Origin: a virus
DNA: 61,374 nucleotides
IMG/VR virus record: IMGVR_UViG_3300029996_000082
Direction: 5' to 3' (one strand)
The position numbers were made by a program, and so were the translations under genes. The notes below the pieces were generated by a model that had not been told where the DNA came from, did not search any database, and saw only the letters and a list, made by a program, of their open reading frames with translations. Each line of letters starts with the position of its first letter. Within the stretch, counting starts at the first letter, position 1. Below are positions 37,284 to 45,574 of this stretch, in pieces.

Positions 37284-38219
37284 ATGACAGTAAGTGAGTT
37301 AAAGTCTGCTATAAAATCTAAGAAAATTAAAAACTTTTACATATTCACAGGCGATGAAGTAGGAGTTATGGATATTTATATAAATAAATTAGCCAGTATT
37401 AAAAATTTAACTGTAAATAGGGGTGAAAGTTTAAGTACAGTATATAAATTTTTTAATCAAAAGTCCTTTGTTGCTAAATATTTTTGTTATGTATTTAGAG
37501 ATGAAGAAGATATAATTAAAAATGAAAGTTTGTGGGATAAATTAGCTGTACAAAATGTTCAAGGTAATAATATTATTATATTGATTTTAACTAATGTAGA
37601 TAAAAGGTCAAAGTTTTATAAGCATTTTAAATCAGATATTATTGAATTTGAGCCTTTAAAAGAAAGTATGCTGATTAAATATATTCAGCGTGAAATTGGA
37701 CTAAGTGAAAGTTACTGTAAAAAGTTAATAAGTATCTGCGAAAGCGATTACAGCAGAATATTATTAGAGATTGATAAACTTAATAATTTTTATGCTACAG
37801 GCGTAGTTAATCCTGATACTTGTTTACTTACATTATTACAGGACGGCACAATTTATATTCCGCCTAAAGACGCTATATTTGATTTTGTTGATGCGGTATT
37901 AAAACATAAAGTAAAATTAGCTTATTCTCTATTAGCTGAATCCTATGCTATAGGCGAAAATACATTTGCTTTATTATCCGTATTATATAATAATGCTAAA
38001 GCAGTTTTACAGGTACAGACTTGTGAAAGTTCTGATATTTCAAAATCTACAGGCTTAACAGGTTGGCAGATTAAATGTGCTAAAGATAAAACAGGATATT
38101 ATACAGATAAGCAGTTAATTCATATTTTGCGTACTGTACAGAAAGTAGAAAGCGGTATTAAAAGCGGTCAGATAGATGAACCTATCGCCGTTGAATATGT
38201 ATTAGCACAAATTTTTTAA
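37284..38219 (+). CDS. holA: clamp loader, delta-like subunit
   Basis: HolA-like N-terminus (NFYIFTGDE); position after the gamma and delta-prime genes. Confidence 0.55.
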   Translation: MTVSELKSAIKSKKIKNFYIFTGDEVGVMDIYINKLASIKNLTVNRGESLSTVYKFFNQKSFVAKYFCYVFRDEEDIIKNESLWDKLAVQNVQGNNIIILILTNVDKRSKFYKHFKSDIIEFEPLKESMLIKYIQREIGLSESYCKKLISICESDYSRILLEIDKLNNFYATGVVNPDTCLLTLLQDGTIYIPPKDAIFDFVDAVLKHKVKLAYSLLAESYAIGENTFALLSVLYNNAKAVLQVQTCESSDISKSTGLTGWQIKCAKDKTGYYTDKQLIHILRTVQKVESGIKSGQIDEPIAVEYVLAQIF

Positions 38220-38228
38220 AAATAGTAG

Positions 38229-38257
38229 TTGTAATTTTATTAAAATTATAGTATAAT
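38229..38257 (+). promoter_or_regulatory. sigma-A promoter
   Basis: TTGTAA-17-TATAAT upstream of the DUF6011-like gene. Confidence 0.55.
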
Positions 38258-38277
38258 AAAGTAGGTGAAAGAGTGTT

Positions 38278-38454
38278 ATGGATAAGGAGTATGATTTTTG
38301 TCTGAGATGTGGTAGAAAGTTGAAAAATGCAGAAAACCGCAAAAGAGGATATGGTGTTGTGTGTTTTAAGAAAGCACATACTAAAATAATTAACCCTTTA
38401 TTCAATACCGAAAGGAGTAACAATGGAGAAAGAAAACACAAGTCTTGCGACTGA
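38278..38454 (+). CDS. 58-aa DUF6011-like zinc-ribbon protein (below the ORF-track cutoff)
   Basis: AGGTGA SD; CLRCGRKL...RKRGYGVVC matches the CxxCGRxL...GxGxxC pattern; own promoter. Confidence 0.55.
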   Translation: MDKEYDFCLRCGRKLKNAENRKRGYGVVCFKKAHTKIINPLFNTERSNNGERKHKSCD

Positions 38455-38671
38455 GTTAATCAGAGAACTAAAGTCAACAAGTAAACGGTGGTTTATTGCT
38501 TTTATCGTTGTGTTATCTTTGTGGTTCGCTACAATAGGTGGATTTATAATTTATTTATCCTTACCCGTTGAAGAAACTGTTACGGAAACCGTAACACAAG
38601 ATGCTGATGATAACGGTAACAATAATTATGTTGGAGGTGATAATAATGTCAGCTCGTCAGACGGTAACTAA
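38423..38671 (+). CDS. small membrane protein with acidic tail
   Basis: AAGGAG SD; one TM helix (WFIAFIVVLSLWFATIGGFIIYL). Confidence 0.5.
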   Translation: MEKENTSLATELIRELKSTSKRWFIAFIVVLSLWFATIGGFIIYLSLPVEETVTETVTQDADDNGNNNYVGGDNNVSSSDGN

Positions 38672-38735
38672 AACTAAAACAATATCCCGAAGAGGTAAAA
38701 GAAAAAAGCCTGCAAGAAAAGGTAAACGAAAGTAG
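38646..38735 (+). CDS. 29-aa Lys/Arg-rich peptide (below the ORF-track cutoff)
   Basis: GGAGGTG SD at 38633-38639, 6 nt before the ATG. Confidence 0.35.
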   Translation: MSARQTVTKTKTISRRGKRKKPARKGKRK

Positions 38736-38744
38736 TGATTTTCT

Positions 38745-39095
38745 ATGTCAAAAACAAACGGTACTATTGCCACAATCAAAAAATTGCAGAAAGCAATTAA
38801 CAGTAAAGGTCAAAAAGTATTATTTTGTTCTTCACAATTTTATTCAGATGACCAAGACAGAGTAATTCAGAAATATCATATTAAACAGCAAGTATGGGAT
38901 ATAGAAAAGCAGAAAAATAAATCTGTTGAATTATTCTCATCTTGCAGTCAAATACAAATATGTTTATTTATGAGAGATATGTGGTACACACTAATAGGAA
39001 ATCCGTTACCGCAGGATAATGAAAAATGGAATGGTATAAGAGCTACAATACCTTATTTTTCAGAGGAAGATATAGAAGATGAAGAGCAGGGATAA
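38745..39095 (+). CDS. hypothetical protein
   Basis: 116-aa ORF. Confidence 0.55.
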   Translation: MSKTNGTIATIKKLQKAINSKGQKVLFCSSQFYSDDQDRVIQKYHIKQQVWDIEKQKNKSVELFSSCSQIQICLFMRDMWYTLIGNPLPQDNEKWNGIRATIPYFSEEDIEDEEQG

Positions 39096-39753
39096 TTATT
39101 ATTTTAAACAGGCTACAAGGACAAGAGAACAAAATATTCTGAATTTATCTTATGGTCAGTTTGAAAGTGATAATGATATGGGCATACCTATAATTAAGAA
39201 TCAAGATATTAGTATTTCTGAAATTGATAATAGTAAATTGATAGGGTTCAACTTTGCAAAGACGGCAAAAGAAACTAAAACTAAAGGATTACACTTTTTC
39301 TTACACGATTATCAATTTGAAAGAGTATGGAATTTTCCTACAAGATATTTAAAGATTTTAAAAAATTATAAGTATGCTCTATCCCCTGATTTTTCACCTT
39401 ATGCAGATACACCAAAAGCTATACAAATATTTAATTTATATAGAAATCGTTGGTGTGGGAGGTATTGGCAGGAAAATGGAATTAAAGTAATTCCAACAAT
39501 AACAATAGGAAATCAAGCTGATGTAGATTTATTTTTAACAGGAGTAGAGAAAGGTTGCCCGATAGCTATTTCCACAATGGGAGAGGGCAGGTGGGCAAAT
39601 TATAGACTTTTATATAGTCAATATGAAAAAATTGTGCAGACTTTAAATCCGCTTTATATAGTAATGTATGGAAAAGACTTATCTACACAATTAAATTTAA
39701 TATCTGATTGTAAAATAATCTACAAACCGTATAGTAGCACAGCAGGAGAATAA
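39079..39753 (+). CDS. DUF4417-like protein
   Basis: HFFLHDYQFERVW...SPDFS...NLYRNRW...IKVIPT pattern. Confidence 0.55.
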   Translation: MKSRDNYYFKQATRTREQNILNLSYGQFESDNDMGIPIIKNQDISISEIDNSKLIGFNFAKTAKETKTKGLHFFLHDYQFERVWNFPTRYLKILKNYKYALSPDFSPYADTPKAIQIFNLYRNRWCGRYWQENGIKVIPTITIGNQADVDLFLTGVEKGCPIAISTMGEGRWANYRLLYSQYEKIVQTLNPLYIVMYGKDLSTQLNLISDCKIIYKPYSSTAGE

Positions 39754-39759
39754 TGAAAT

Positions 39760-40026
39760 ATGGCAGTAAAAGTAAATCGGGGCGGTAAATACACTAAAAC
39801 TACTAAAAGAGCTACATCACAGGAAAATAAAAAGAAGTCAAAACCTGATGAAACTATTGATTTAACAATGTCATCTGTTGTGCAAAATAATAAGATATAT
39901 TATGTCTTAAAATATGCAGATACAGGGCAGATTGTAAAATCAGCTCCAAAGTGGCGAAATAGTGAATCCCCTCGAAAATGGGCAAGAAAACATAATTTTA
40001 ATTTAATTACAAGTAGTGACAAATAG
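39760..40026 (+). CDS. basic hypothetical protein
   Basis: 88-aa ORF followed by a terminator. Confidence 0.5.
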   Translation: MAVKVNRGGKYTKTTKRATSQENKKKSKPDETIDLTMSSVVQNNKIYYVLKYADTGQIVKSAPKWRNSESPRKWARKHNFNLITSSDK

Positions 40027-40030
40027 ATAT

Positions 40031-40070
40031 AAAGTGAGTAGAAATTATTTTTTTTTGCTCACTTTTATTT
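40031..40070 (+). terminator. intrinsic terminator
   Basis: AAAGTGAG/CTCACTTT stem followed by a T-tract. Confidence 0.6.
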
Positions 40071-40209
40071 ATTATATAATAGAAAAGTTTAAACATCTAC
40101 ACATTTAAATATAGATTATATAATAAATTTTCAAGGTGTTGACTGAGGTGTGTGCAGGGTAAAGGTGTAAAAAGTTACAAAAAAAATAATTAAAAAAATT
40201 AAAAAAGTG

Positions 40210-40238
40210 TTGACAAAATAACACTAATATGTTATACT
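40210..40238 (+). promoter_or_regulatory. sigma-A promoter (early family, copy 1)
   Basis: TTGACA-17-TATACT; lies within a 51-nt segment identical to 42317..42367. Confidence 0.75.
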
Positions 40239-40291
40239 ATAATCAACAAAAGAGATAAACAAATCTCAGAAAAAATAAAGGCGGAATCAAT

Positions 40292-40786
40292 ATGAAAACA
40301 ACTACAAAATGGTTTAGCAATCCAAAAACACTTGAAGAGCTTAAAAAAGAATACAAAAAACTTGCAATGGTTCATCATCCCGATTGCGGAGGAACAACGG
40401 AAGAAATGCAAGAAATTAATGCAGAATATGACGAACTCTTCGCAGTTCTCAAAAATGCAAAATCAACCGCAGACGGCAAAGTGTATGAAACATCTGAAAA
40501 GGTGAAAGAAACTCCAGAAGAATTTAAAAAAATTATTAATGAACTTATTAAATTGCAAGGGATTGAAATTGAAATCTGCGGGGATTGGATATGGGTAACG
40601 GGCAATACATACAATTGCCGTGAACAGTTGAAAGCCCTTAAATTCAGATTCTCAAAGAAGAAAACAGCGTGGTATTATCACGGAGCCGATTACAAGAAAA
40701 AGAGCAAAAAAACATATAGTCTTGATGAAATCCGTGAACTTTTCGGGAGTGATAGAATTACGGAAAAGCAATCACTCTTGGCATAA
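40292..40786 (+). CDS. J-domain (DnaJ-like) protein
   Basis: LKKEYKKLAMVHHPDCGG with HPD tripeptide. Confidence 0.8.
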   Translation: MKTTTKWFSNPKTLEELKKEYKKLAMVHHPDCGGTTEEMQEINAEYDELFAVLKNAKSTADGKVYETSEKVKETPEEFKKIINELIKLQGIEIEICGDWIWVTGNTYNCREQLKALKFRFSKKKTAWYYHGADYKKKSKKTYSLDEIRELFGSDRITEKQSLLA

Positions 40787-40787
40787 C

Positions 40788-40814
40788 ATCTGAAAAAAAT
40801 TTCAGATTTTTTTT
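40788..40814 (+). terminator. intrinsic terminator
   Basis: ATCTGAAA/TTTCAGAT stem followed by T8. Confidence 0.75.
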
Positions 40815-40823
40815 CAAAAAGTA

Positions 40824-40852
40824 TTGACAAAACACTTTGAATATGTTATACT
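40824..40852 (+). promoter_or_regulatory. sigma-A promoter (early family, copy 2)
   Basis: TTGACA-17-TATACT. Confidence 0.75.
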
Positions 40853-40910
40853 ATAATCAAAGAAAAGAGATAAAACAAATCTCAAAAATTTTAAAAAGGT
40901 GGAATTTAAA

Positions 40911-41210
40911 ATGAAAATGTATGCAATTTTCCCGAATCCAAAAAGCGGAGTAACTGAAGAGCAGTTAATCGAAACTGAAAATTACACGCAAGATGAATTA
41001 AACAAAATAGCATTGTATGATATTCTGTTTAATAATTGGGAAACAGCATCCGATACTACATTAGATGAATATAAAATTAAAATAAGCGGATATGTCAACG
41101 ATTATGCAAGAAATAAATTCACAAATTTTATACCTGCAAAGGATTTAGATGAAATAGTGAGTGTCATAAAGCCATCGCTTATAGAATATCATATGCTTTT
41201 TCATTCATAA
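40911..41210 (+). CDS. hypothetical early protein
   Basis: AAAGGTGG SD makes ATG 40911 the start; the track GTG 40899 lies inside the SD. Confidence 0.55.
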   Translation: MKMYAIFPNPKSGVTEEQLIETENYTQDELNKIALYDILFNNWETASDTTLDEYKIKISGYVNDYARNKFTNFIPAKDLDEIVSVIKPSLIEYHMLFHS

Positions 41211-41229
41211 GATTTTCATATATCGCAGA

Positions 41230-41274
41230 GTGACCGGCCTTCGGGTCGGGTAATGCGGACGGTCAGACGGTCAC
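41230..41274 (+). other. GC-rich structured element (UUCG-tetraloop hairpin inside a 7-bp outer stem)
   Basis: CCGGCC-TTCG-GGTCGG hairpin at 41234..41249; GTGACCG (41230) pairs with CGGTCAC (41268); tandem GACGGTCA x2 at 41258..41273. Confidence 0.5.
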
Positions 41275-41315
41275 AATCCCCGATAGACGCACAATTTTAA
41301 AAGGTGGAATTTAAA

Positions 41316-41843
41316 ATGAAAAAAATGTATATTGTAGAAATTGAAAAAGCTATTGAAATCAGAACAAACGGCGGATATCTTTCACCGAGTGAAATCGAAG
41401 AACAAATCGCATTGCAGAAATATGGTGAATTTTTTGAAGAAATTGCAAGAGTTGAAACACTTGAAGAGGCAAGGGAAATCTTCGATGCGAACAAGGAAAA
41501 ATGCACATCAAAACAGCGTGGCAGAAAAATTGAAACGGATGAATTAAGAATCAGAGAAATCAACTTTGATGATGAAGGTGCAGAACTTGAACCAGACGGA
41601 ATGGAAACAATTGATAGCTATGTCGCAATGCTTGACGGCTATGTTTTAAGCGAAAGCGGAAAAGCGGTTGATTTTGAACTTGCCGAAACTTATATGGATG
41701 ACGAAATCAGAGAAGAACTGGATGCACAACCTGCACTATGCGAAGAGCAAGAATTTTTCACTGAATATGAAAAAAAGCATTATGAAAAGTTTGGTGAATC
41801 TTTCGCAAAAGTTAATGGACTTGAATGTAGAAAGGGGCTATAA
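41316..41843 (+). CDS. strongly acidic early protein
   Basis: same AAAGGTGGAATTTAAAATG initiation region as 40911; many D/E residues. Confidence 0.55.
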   Translation: MKKMYIVEIEKAIEIRTNGGYLSPSEIEEQIALQKYGEFFEEIARVETLEEAREIFDANKEKCTSKQRGRKIETDELRIREINFDDEGAELEPDGMETIDSYVAMLDGYVLSESGKAVDFELAETYMDDEIREELDAQPALCEEQEFFTEYEKKHYEKFGESFAKVNGLECRKGL

Positions 41844-41845
41844 TT

Positions 41846-42061
41846 GTGGATTATGAAACACTTAAAATCCTACAAGATGAACAAGCTCGACTAAAACAAG
41901 AAAGTCTACAGGCTTTAAAGGCACACCAAAAATACCCCCGAAAATTAAAGCCGAGAATCAAGTATGAAGAGTTGACCGCTCAGCTAATGGAGGTTTGGCG
42001 TATAGCCCTATTACACGGAGTCAATTTAGACACAGGAGAGCGTATTATCAAAAATAATTAA
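41846..42061 (+). CDS. hypothetical protein
   Basis: GTG start after AAGGGG. Confidence 0.45.
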   Translation: MDYETLKILQDEQARLKQESLQALKAHQKYPRKLKPRIKYEELTAQLMEVWRIALLHGVNLDTGERIIKNN

Positions 42062-42199
42062 AAGAAATTATTACTTTATAAATTATAATAATATAGGTAT
42101 ATAGGATAATATAAATATATTAGTTTTAAAACATACACACCACACATTACCATCTCCCTTCATAAATAGCAGGAGCAAGCAAGAGCAGGAGGAATCAGA

Positions 42200-42319
42200 A
42201 TGAATCGCCGCAGAAATAAGAAAATGAGCAATATTCAGTTGGCAACACTGATTTTAAAAGTTATTATTATATTTTATAATGTACTTTTTGCCTTTTGTAA
42301 ATTTGTTTTGATTTTCTAA
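42200..42319 (+). CDS. 39-aa peptide with basic N-terminus and hydrophobic TM segment (below the ORF-track cutoff)
   Basis: AGGAGG SD 7 nt upstream; MNRRRNKKMSNIQLATLILKVIIIFYNVLFAFCKFVLIF. Confidence 0.4.
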   Translation: MNRRRNKKMSNIQLATLILKVIIIFYNVLFAFCKFVLIF

Positions 42320-42335
42320 AAAAATTAAAAAAGTG

Positions 42336-42364
42336 TTGACAAAATAACACTAATATGTTATACT
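42336..42364 (+). promoter_or_regulatory. sigma-A promoter (early family, copy 3)
   Basis: TTGACA-17-TATACT; lies within a 51-nt segment identical to 40191..40241. Confidence 0.75.
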
Positions 42365-42421
42365 ATATTTGTAATCAAAAAGAGATTACAAAATCAAAAT
42401 TTTAAAAAGGTGGAATGATTT

Positions 42422-42802
42422 ATGAAAAAGATTTACAATTACTTTGCAGAAATTAAAAAAGCGTGTGAAATCCGCATATCCGAAGAGTACACAGACGATG
42501 CCGTTATAGCATTAATTAAAAAAGGCACATTTACAAATGTAATGCAAGATAAGATACTTCAAGAATGTTCTTACGGAGCTTCCTACCATTGCTCAACAGA
42601 TGTAGAGGCAGAAAGTAACTTGATAGGTAACTGGCCTATAGCCGATGAAATTTTTGAATTTTTCCCTTTAACTGAATATTTCATCAGCGGAAACAGAATA
42701 AATTTCAGAAAATTAGATACTGCTATCAGAATAAATTTATTACCGAAAGTATTAGATGAGATTAAAAACACCTATATCCGAACATATGATATTGAATGCT
42801 AA
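42422..42802 (+). CDS. hypothetical early protein (N-terminus paralogous to 41316)
   Basis: MKKIYNYFAEIKKACEIRISEEY versus MKKMYIVEIEKAIEIRTNGGY; same promoter family. Confidence 0.55.
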   Translation: MKKIYNYFAEIKKACEIRISEEYTDDAVIALIKKGTFTNVMQDKILQECSYGASYHCSTDVEAESNLIGNWPIADEIFEFFPLTEYFISGNRINFRKLDTAIRINLLPKVLDEIKNTYIRTYDIEC

Positions 42803-42850
42803 ATAACAAACTGCTGAGCTAACGGCTTAACGAGCAGAGGAGAAATTAAA

Positions 42851-43066
42851 ATGATTTGGGAAATTGCTAAAGATTATTTAAAAGAATATTATAACAATGA
42901 TATAGCGGAAGCTATCAAGCAAAGGGATGGGATGTTTTGGACTGATGAAAGAATAAAGGGAGCTTTTAGGCGAGGCAATGGTACGGATGCTGACCTTAAA
43001 AGGGAGATATATTGGAACAGCAAAAATTTTCTATTTCTTGATTTAGGAGAAGATTTTAAATTATAA
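42851..43066 (+). CDS. hypothetical protein
   Basis: GAGGAG SD. Confidence 0.5.
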   Translation: MIWEIAKDYLKEYYNNDIAEAIKQRDGMFWTDERIKGAFRRGNGTDADLKREIYWNSKNFLFLDLGEDFKL

Positions 43067-43115
43067 TATTTAATATTAGAGATTATGTCAATAATAAATT
43101 TGAGGTGATATAATT

Positions 43116-43343
43116 ATGTTAAAAGGATTTGAATTTGATTTATTATATAAAGAAATAAAAGCCAGCGTAAAAATGAAATGCGGAAATGTCCGATACTTTA
43201 ATAAAGATACATTTAAACAGTTTTTAGAATGCAAAAAATTAAAGAATTATACCTCTATGCAAAATACCGACCTATATAATAAGAATAGTGTATGTTATTG
43301 TATATTATTAGAAACTATATCTGATTATAATATACCTGTATAA
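43116..43343 (+). CDS. hypothetical protein
   Basis: GAGGTG SD; followed by a strong terminator. Confidence 0.5.
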   Translation: MLKGFEFDLLYKEIKASVKMKCGNVRYFNKDTFKQFLECKKLKNYTSMQNTDLYNKNSVCYCILLETISDYNIPV

Positions 43344-43359
43344 ATAAGCCCACCTTTTA

Positions 43360-43397
43360 CACCTACTGCAATTTATTTTGTAGTAGGTGTTTTTTTT
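43360..43397 (+). terminator. intrinsic terminator (end of the early region)
   Basis: CACCTACT/AGTAGGTG stem followed by T8. Confidence 0.85.
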
Positions 43398-43411
43398 ATG
43401 TGCAAAAACAC

Positions 43412-43440
43412 TTGTATTATTTTAAAACATATAGTATAAT
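43412..43440 (+). promoter_or_regulatory. sigma-A-like promoter upstream of terS
   Basis: TTGTAT-17-TATAAT, directly after a terminator. Confidence 0.6.
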
Positions 43441-43486
43441 ATAAATATACAAAATGTATAATTTTAATTGAAAGGAGATTATACGA

Positions 43487-43996
43487 ATGATTAAAGGCTC
43501 AAAGCGTGATAGCTATAAAAAGCGAAAAGGAGTGACTACATATACAGGTCATCCACTCACATTGAGAGAAGAAAAATTCATAACTTTATATCTTGAAGGT
43601 GAACCGCTTGTAAGTGCGGTTGAAAAGGCGGGCTATAAGAATAAAGCTCCAAAAACCTATGCAAACGAACTCTTAAATAAACCATATATAGACGAAGAAA
43701 TAAACTACAGGATAAATCTAATGAGAGAAAAAACAATAGCAAATGCAACAGAAATATTATCTTATTTTTCAGAAGTTATGCGAGGCAATGTAAAAGACCA
43801 GTTTCAGCTTGATGCACCTCTTGCAGAGCGTACAAGGGCGGCTCAGGAACTTGCGAAAAGGATTATTGACCCTGAAATCAAAACAAAACAGGCAAAACAG
43901 ATATTTGCAGATAATTCTTTAAATGTAAATATTGTATGGGATGAAAATGATAAAAATGATAATACAGGCGAGGATAATGTAAATGCTGACACTTAA
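43487..43996 (+). CDS. terS: terminase small subunit (Terminase_2-like)
   Basis: LTLREEKFITLYLEG...AVEKAGYKNKAPKTYANELLNKPYI pattern. Confidence 0.8.
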   Translation: MIKGSKRDSYKKRKGVTTYTGHPLTLREEKFITLYLEGEPLVSAVEKAGYKNKAPKTYANELLNKPYIDEEINYRINLMREKTIANATEILSYFSEVMRGNVKDQFQLDAPLAERTRAAQELAKRIIDPEIKTKQAKQIFADNSLNVNIVWDENDKNDNTGEDNVNADT

Positions 43997-44444
43997 ATTT
44001 AATTTAAGACATCAAAACATAACACTTGTAAATAAAGCTGAGATTATTGCAAGCGACAGCAAAAACTACTTGCAGGCTCATTTTAACTTATTATCGGCTG
44101 ATTGGAATAATACTATAACTGCTATATTTAAAGCTGATAACATAGGTACATATACTGTGTTATTAGATTCTGATAATAATTGTTTAGTGCCGTGGGAATT
44201 GCTGAAACCTAATGCAGTAATTAAAGTATCAGCATTTTGTGATAATTTACATACAGCCGTTACTGCAAGTTTTAAAGTTGCAGAATCAGGATATACTGAA
44301 GGACAGACACCCTCAGACCCGACACCAACTGTATATGAGCAGATTATAGACGAGTTACAAAAAATAAAATCATATACAGCCGCTACAATTATAAGCGGCG
44401 GTCAATTTAGCGATGGATTAGGAGATGACGAAAATGGCAATTGA
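43983..44444 (+). CDS. hypothetical structural-like protein
   Basis: 153-aa ORF overlapping the terS stop. Confidence 0.45.
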   Translation: MLTLKFNLRHQNITLVNKAEIIASDSKNYLQAHFNLLSADWNNTITAIFKADNIGTYTVLLDSDNNCLVPWELLKPNAVIKVSAFCDNLHTAVTASFKVAESGYTEGQTPSDPTPTVYEQIIDELQKIKSYTAATIISGGQFSDGLGDDENGN

Positions 44445-45294
44445 TAAGAAGCGTATGCAACAAAGGTACGGAACTTTTGAGCAATATACAGCAGATAAAA
44501 ATAATTTATTACCAAATGAATTTGCGAGTGTTATAAGTGGCGATACAAGCAGTACAGACGGCACAGCGTTATATTTTAAATCAGGCACTAAAGACCCTAT
44601 GAAGGTTATTACTGCTAATGATAATACTTTTATTACTATAGCTGATAAAGAGGATAATATAAATAAAGCAATTACAAAATCAACTAATGATGATATAAAT
44701 ACATTAAAATATCCATCATTAAAGTATTTATATAGTTATTTTTATGATTATAACGAAATAGATGACTTATTAAAAAATAAAGCTGATACTACAGATATAA
44801 CTACTATTAACGGTAATATATCTCAATTATCTACCGATATTACAAATATTAATATAAATCTTGAAAATAATTATTATACAAATGATACAATTAACGGCAT
44901 TAGGAATAGTCTATTGTCAGCTATTAGTTTGAAATACGATTCGTCAAATATCGAACTTGGTACAGCTACTCTTACTCCATACTCTACTCTGATTGATAAA
45001 ATAAAATCTGCAACTTGCCTTTATGAAAAAATTGGCGATATCGTTATTGTAAATGTCACCGTCATTATGAACGAAACATCTTTAGGCGGAACATCTTCAA
45101 TATCTTTGCTCAATATGCCTTTCTCAAACAAATCGGATGTGATTGCATATGATATCGGAGTAAGCAAAAACGGCGGAATGTTCAGAGGAAGTGTAAGTAA
45201 ATCAGCTTGGTTGCAGTTTACTCCGCTCAATAAACAGGCTTATAATTTCGTCGCTGATGAGCAGGTAAACTTTTCTTTGATTTACAAAATATAA
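44434..45294 (+). CDS. tail fibre / receptor-binding protein (HylP/Mtd N-terminal-like)
   Basis: GGAG SD favours ATG 44434; KRMQQRYGTFEQY...LLPNEFA...GDT N-terminal pattern, central coiled coil. Confidence 0.5.
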   Translation: MAIDKKRMQQRYGTFEQYTADKNNLLPNEFASVISGDTSSTDGTALYFKSGTKDPMKVITANDNTFITIADKEDNINKAITKSTNDDINTLKYPSLKYLYSYFYDYNEIDDLLKNKADTTDITTINGNISQLSTDITNININLENNYYTNDTINGIRNSLLSAISLKYDSSNIELGTATLTPYSTLIDKIKSATCLYEKIGDIVIVNVTVIMNETSLGGTSSISLLNMPFSNKSDVIAYDIGVSKNGGMFRGSVSKSAWLQFTPLNKQAYNFVADEQVNFSLIYKI

Positions 45295-45314
45295 AAATAA
45301 CGGAGGTAAAAATT

Positions 45315-45557
45315 ATGGAACTTAAAGAAAAAATCACACTCGATATGCTCACAAAGGACAGCGTGTCGGTACTCAGACAGCAGTTTTTGACCTTTAACGG
45401 TGAAGAAATGCAGGTGGGCGGAAACATCCGCAACGCATACATGAACAGCAAATCAGGCAGAGAACAACTTAAAACGGTTCTCTCTGATGAATACTATAAC
45501 GCTGTTATGGCTGTATGGGGTGATAATCCAACCGTTGAAGAACCTATTATAGAATGA
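45315..45557 (+). CDS. hypothetical protein
   Basis: GGAGGT SD. Confidence 0.5.
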   Translation: MELKEKITLDMLTKDSVSVLRQQFLTFNGEEMQVGGNIRNAYMNSKSGREQLKTVLSDEYYNAVMAVWGDNPTVEEPIIE

Positions 45558-45574
45558 AAAGAGGTGAATAAATT

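Noticed and set aside
44434-45294. A diversity-generating retroelement targeting the Mtd-N-like fibre gene
   Set aside because: No reverse transcriptase ORF is present in the genome, and I saw no template/variable repeat pair.
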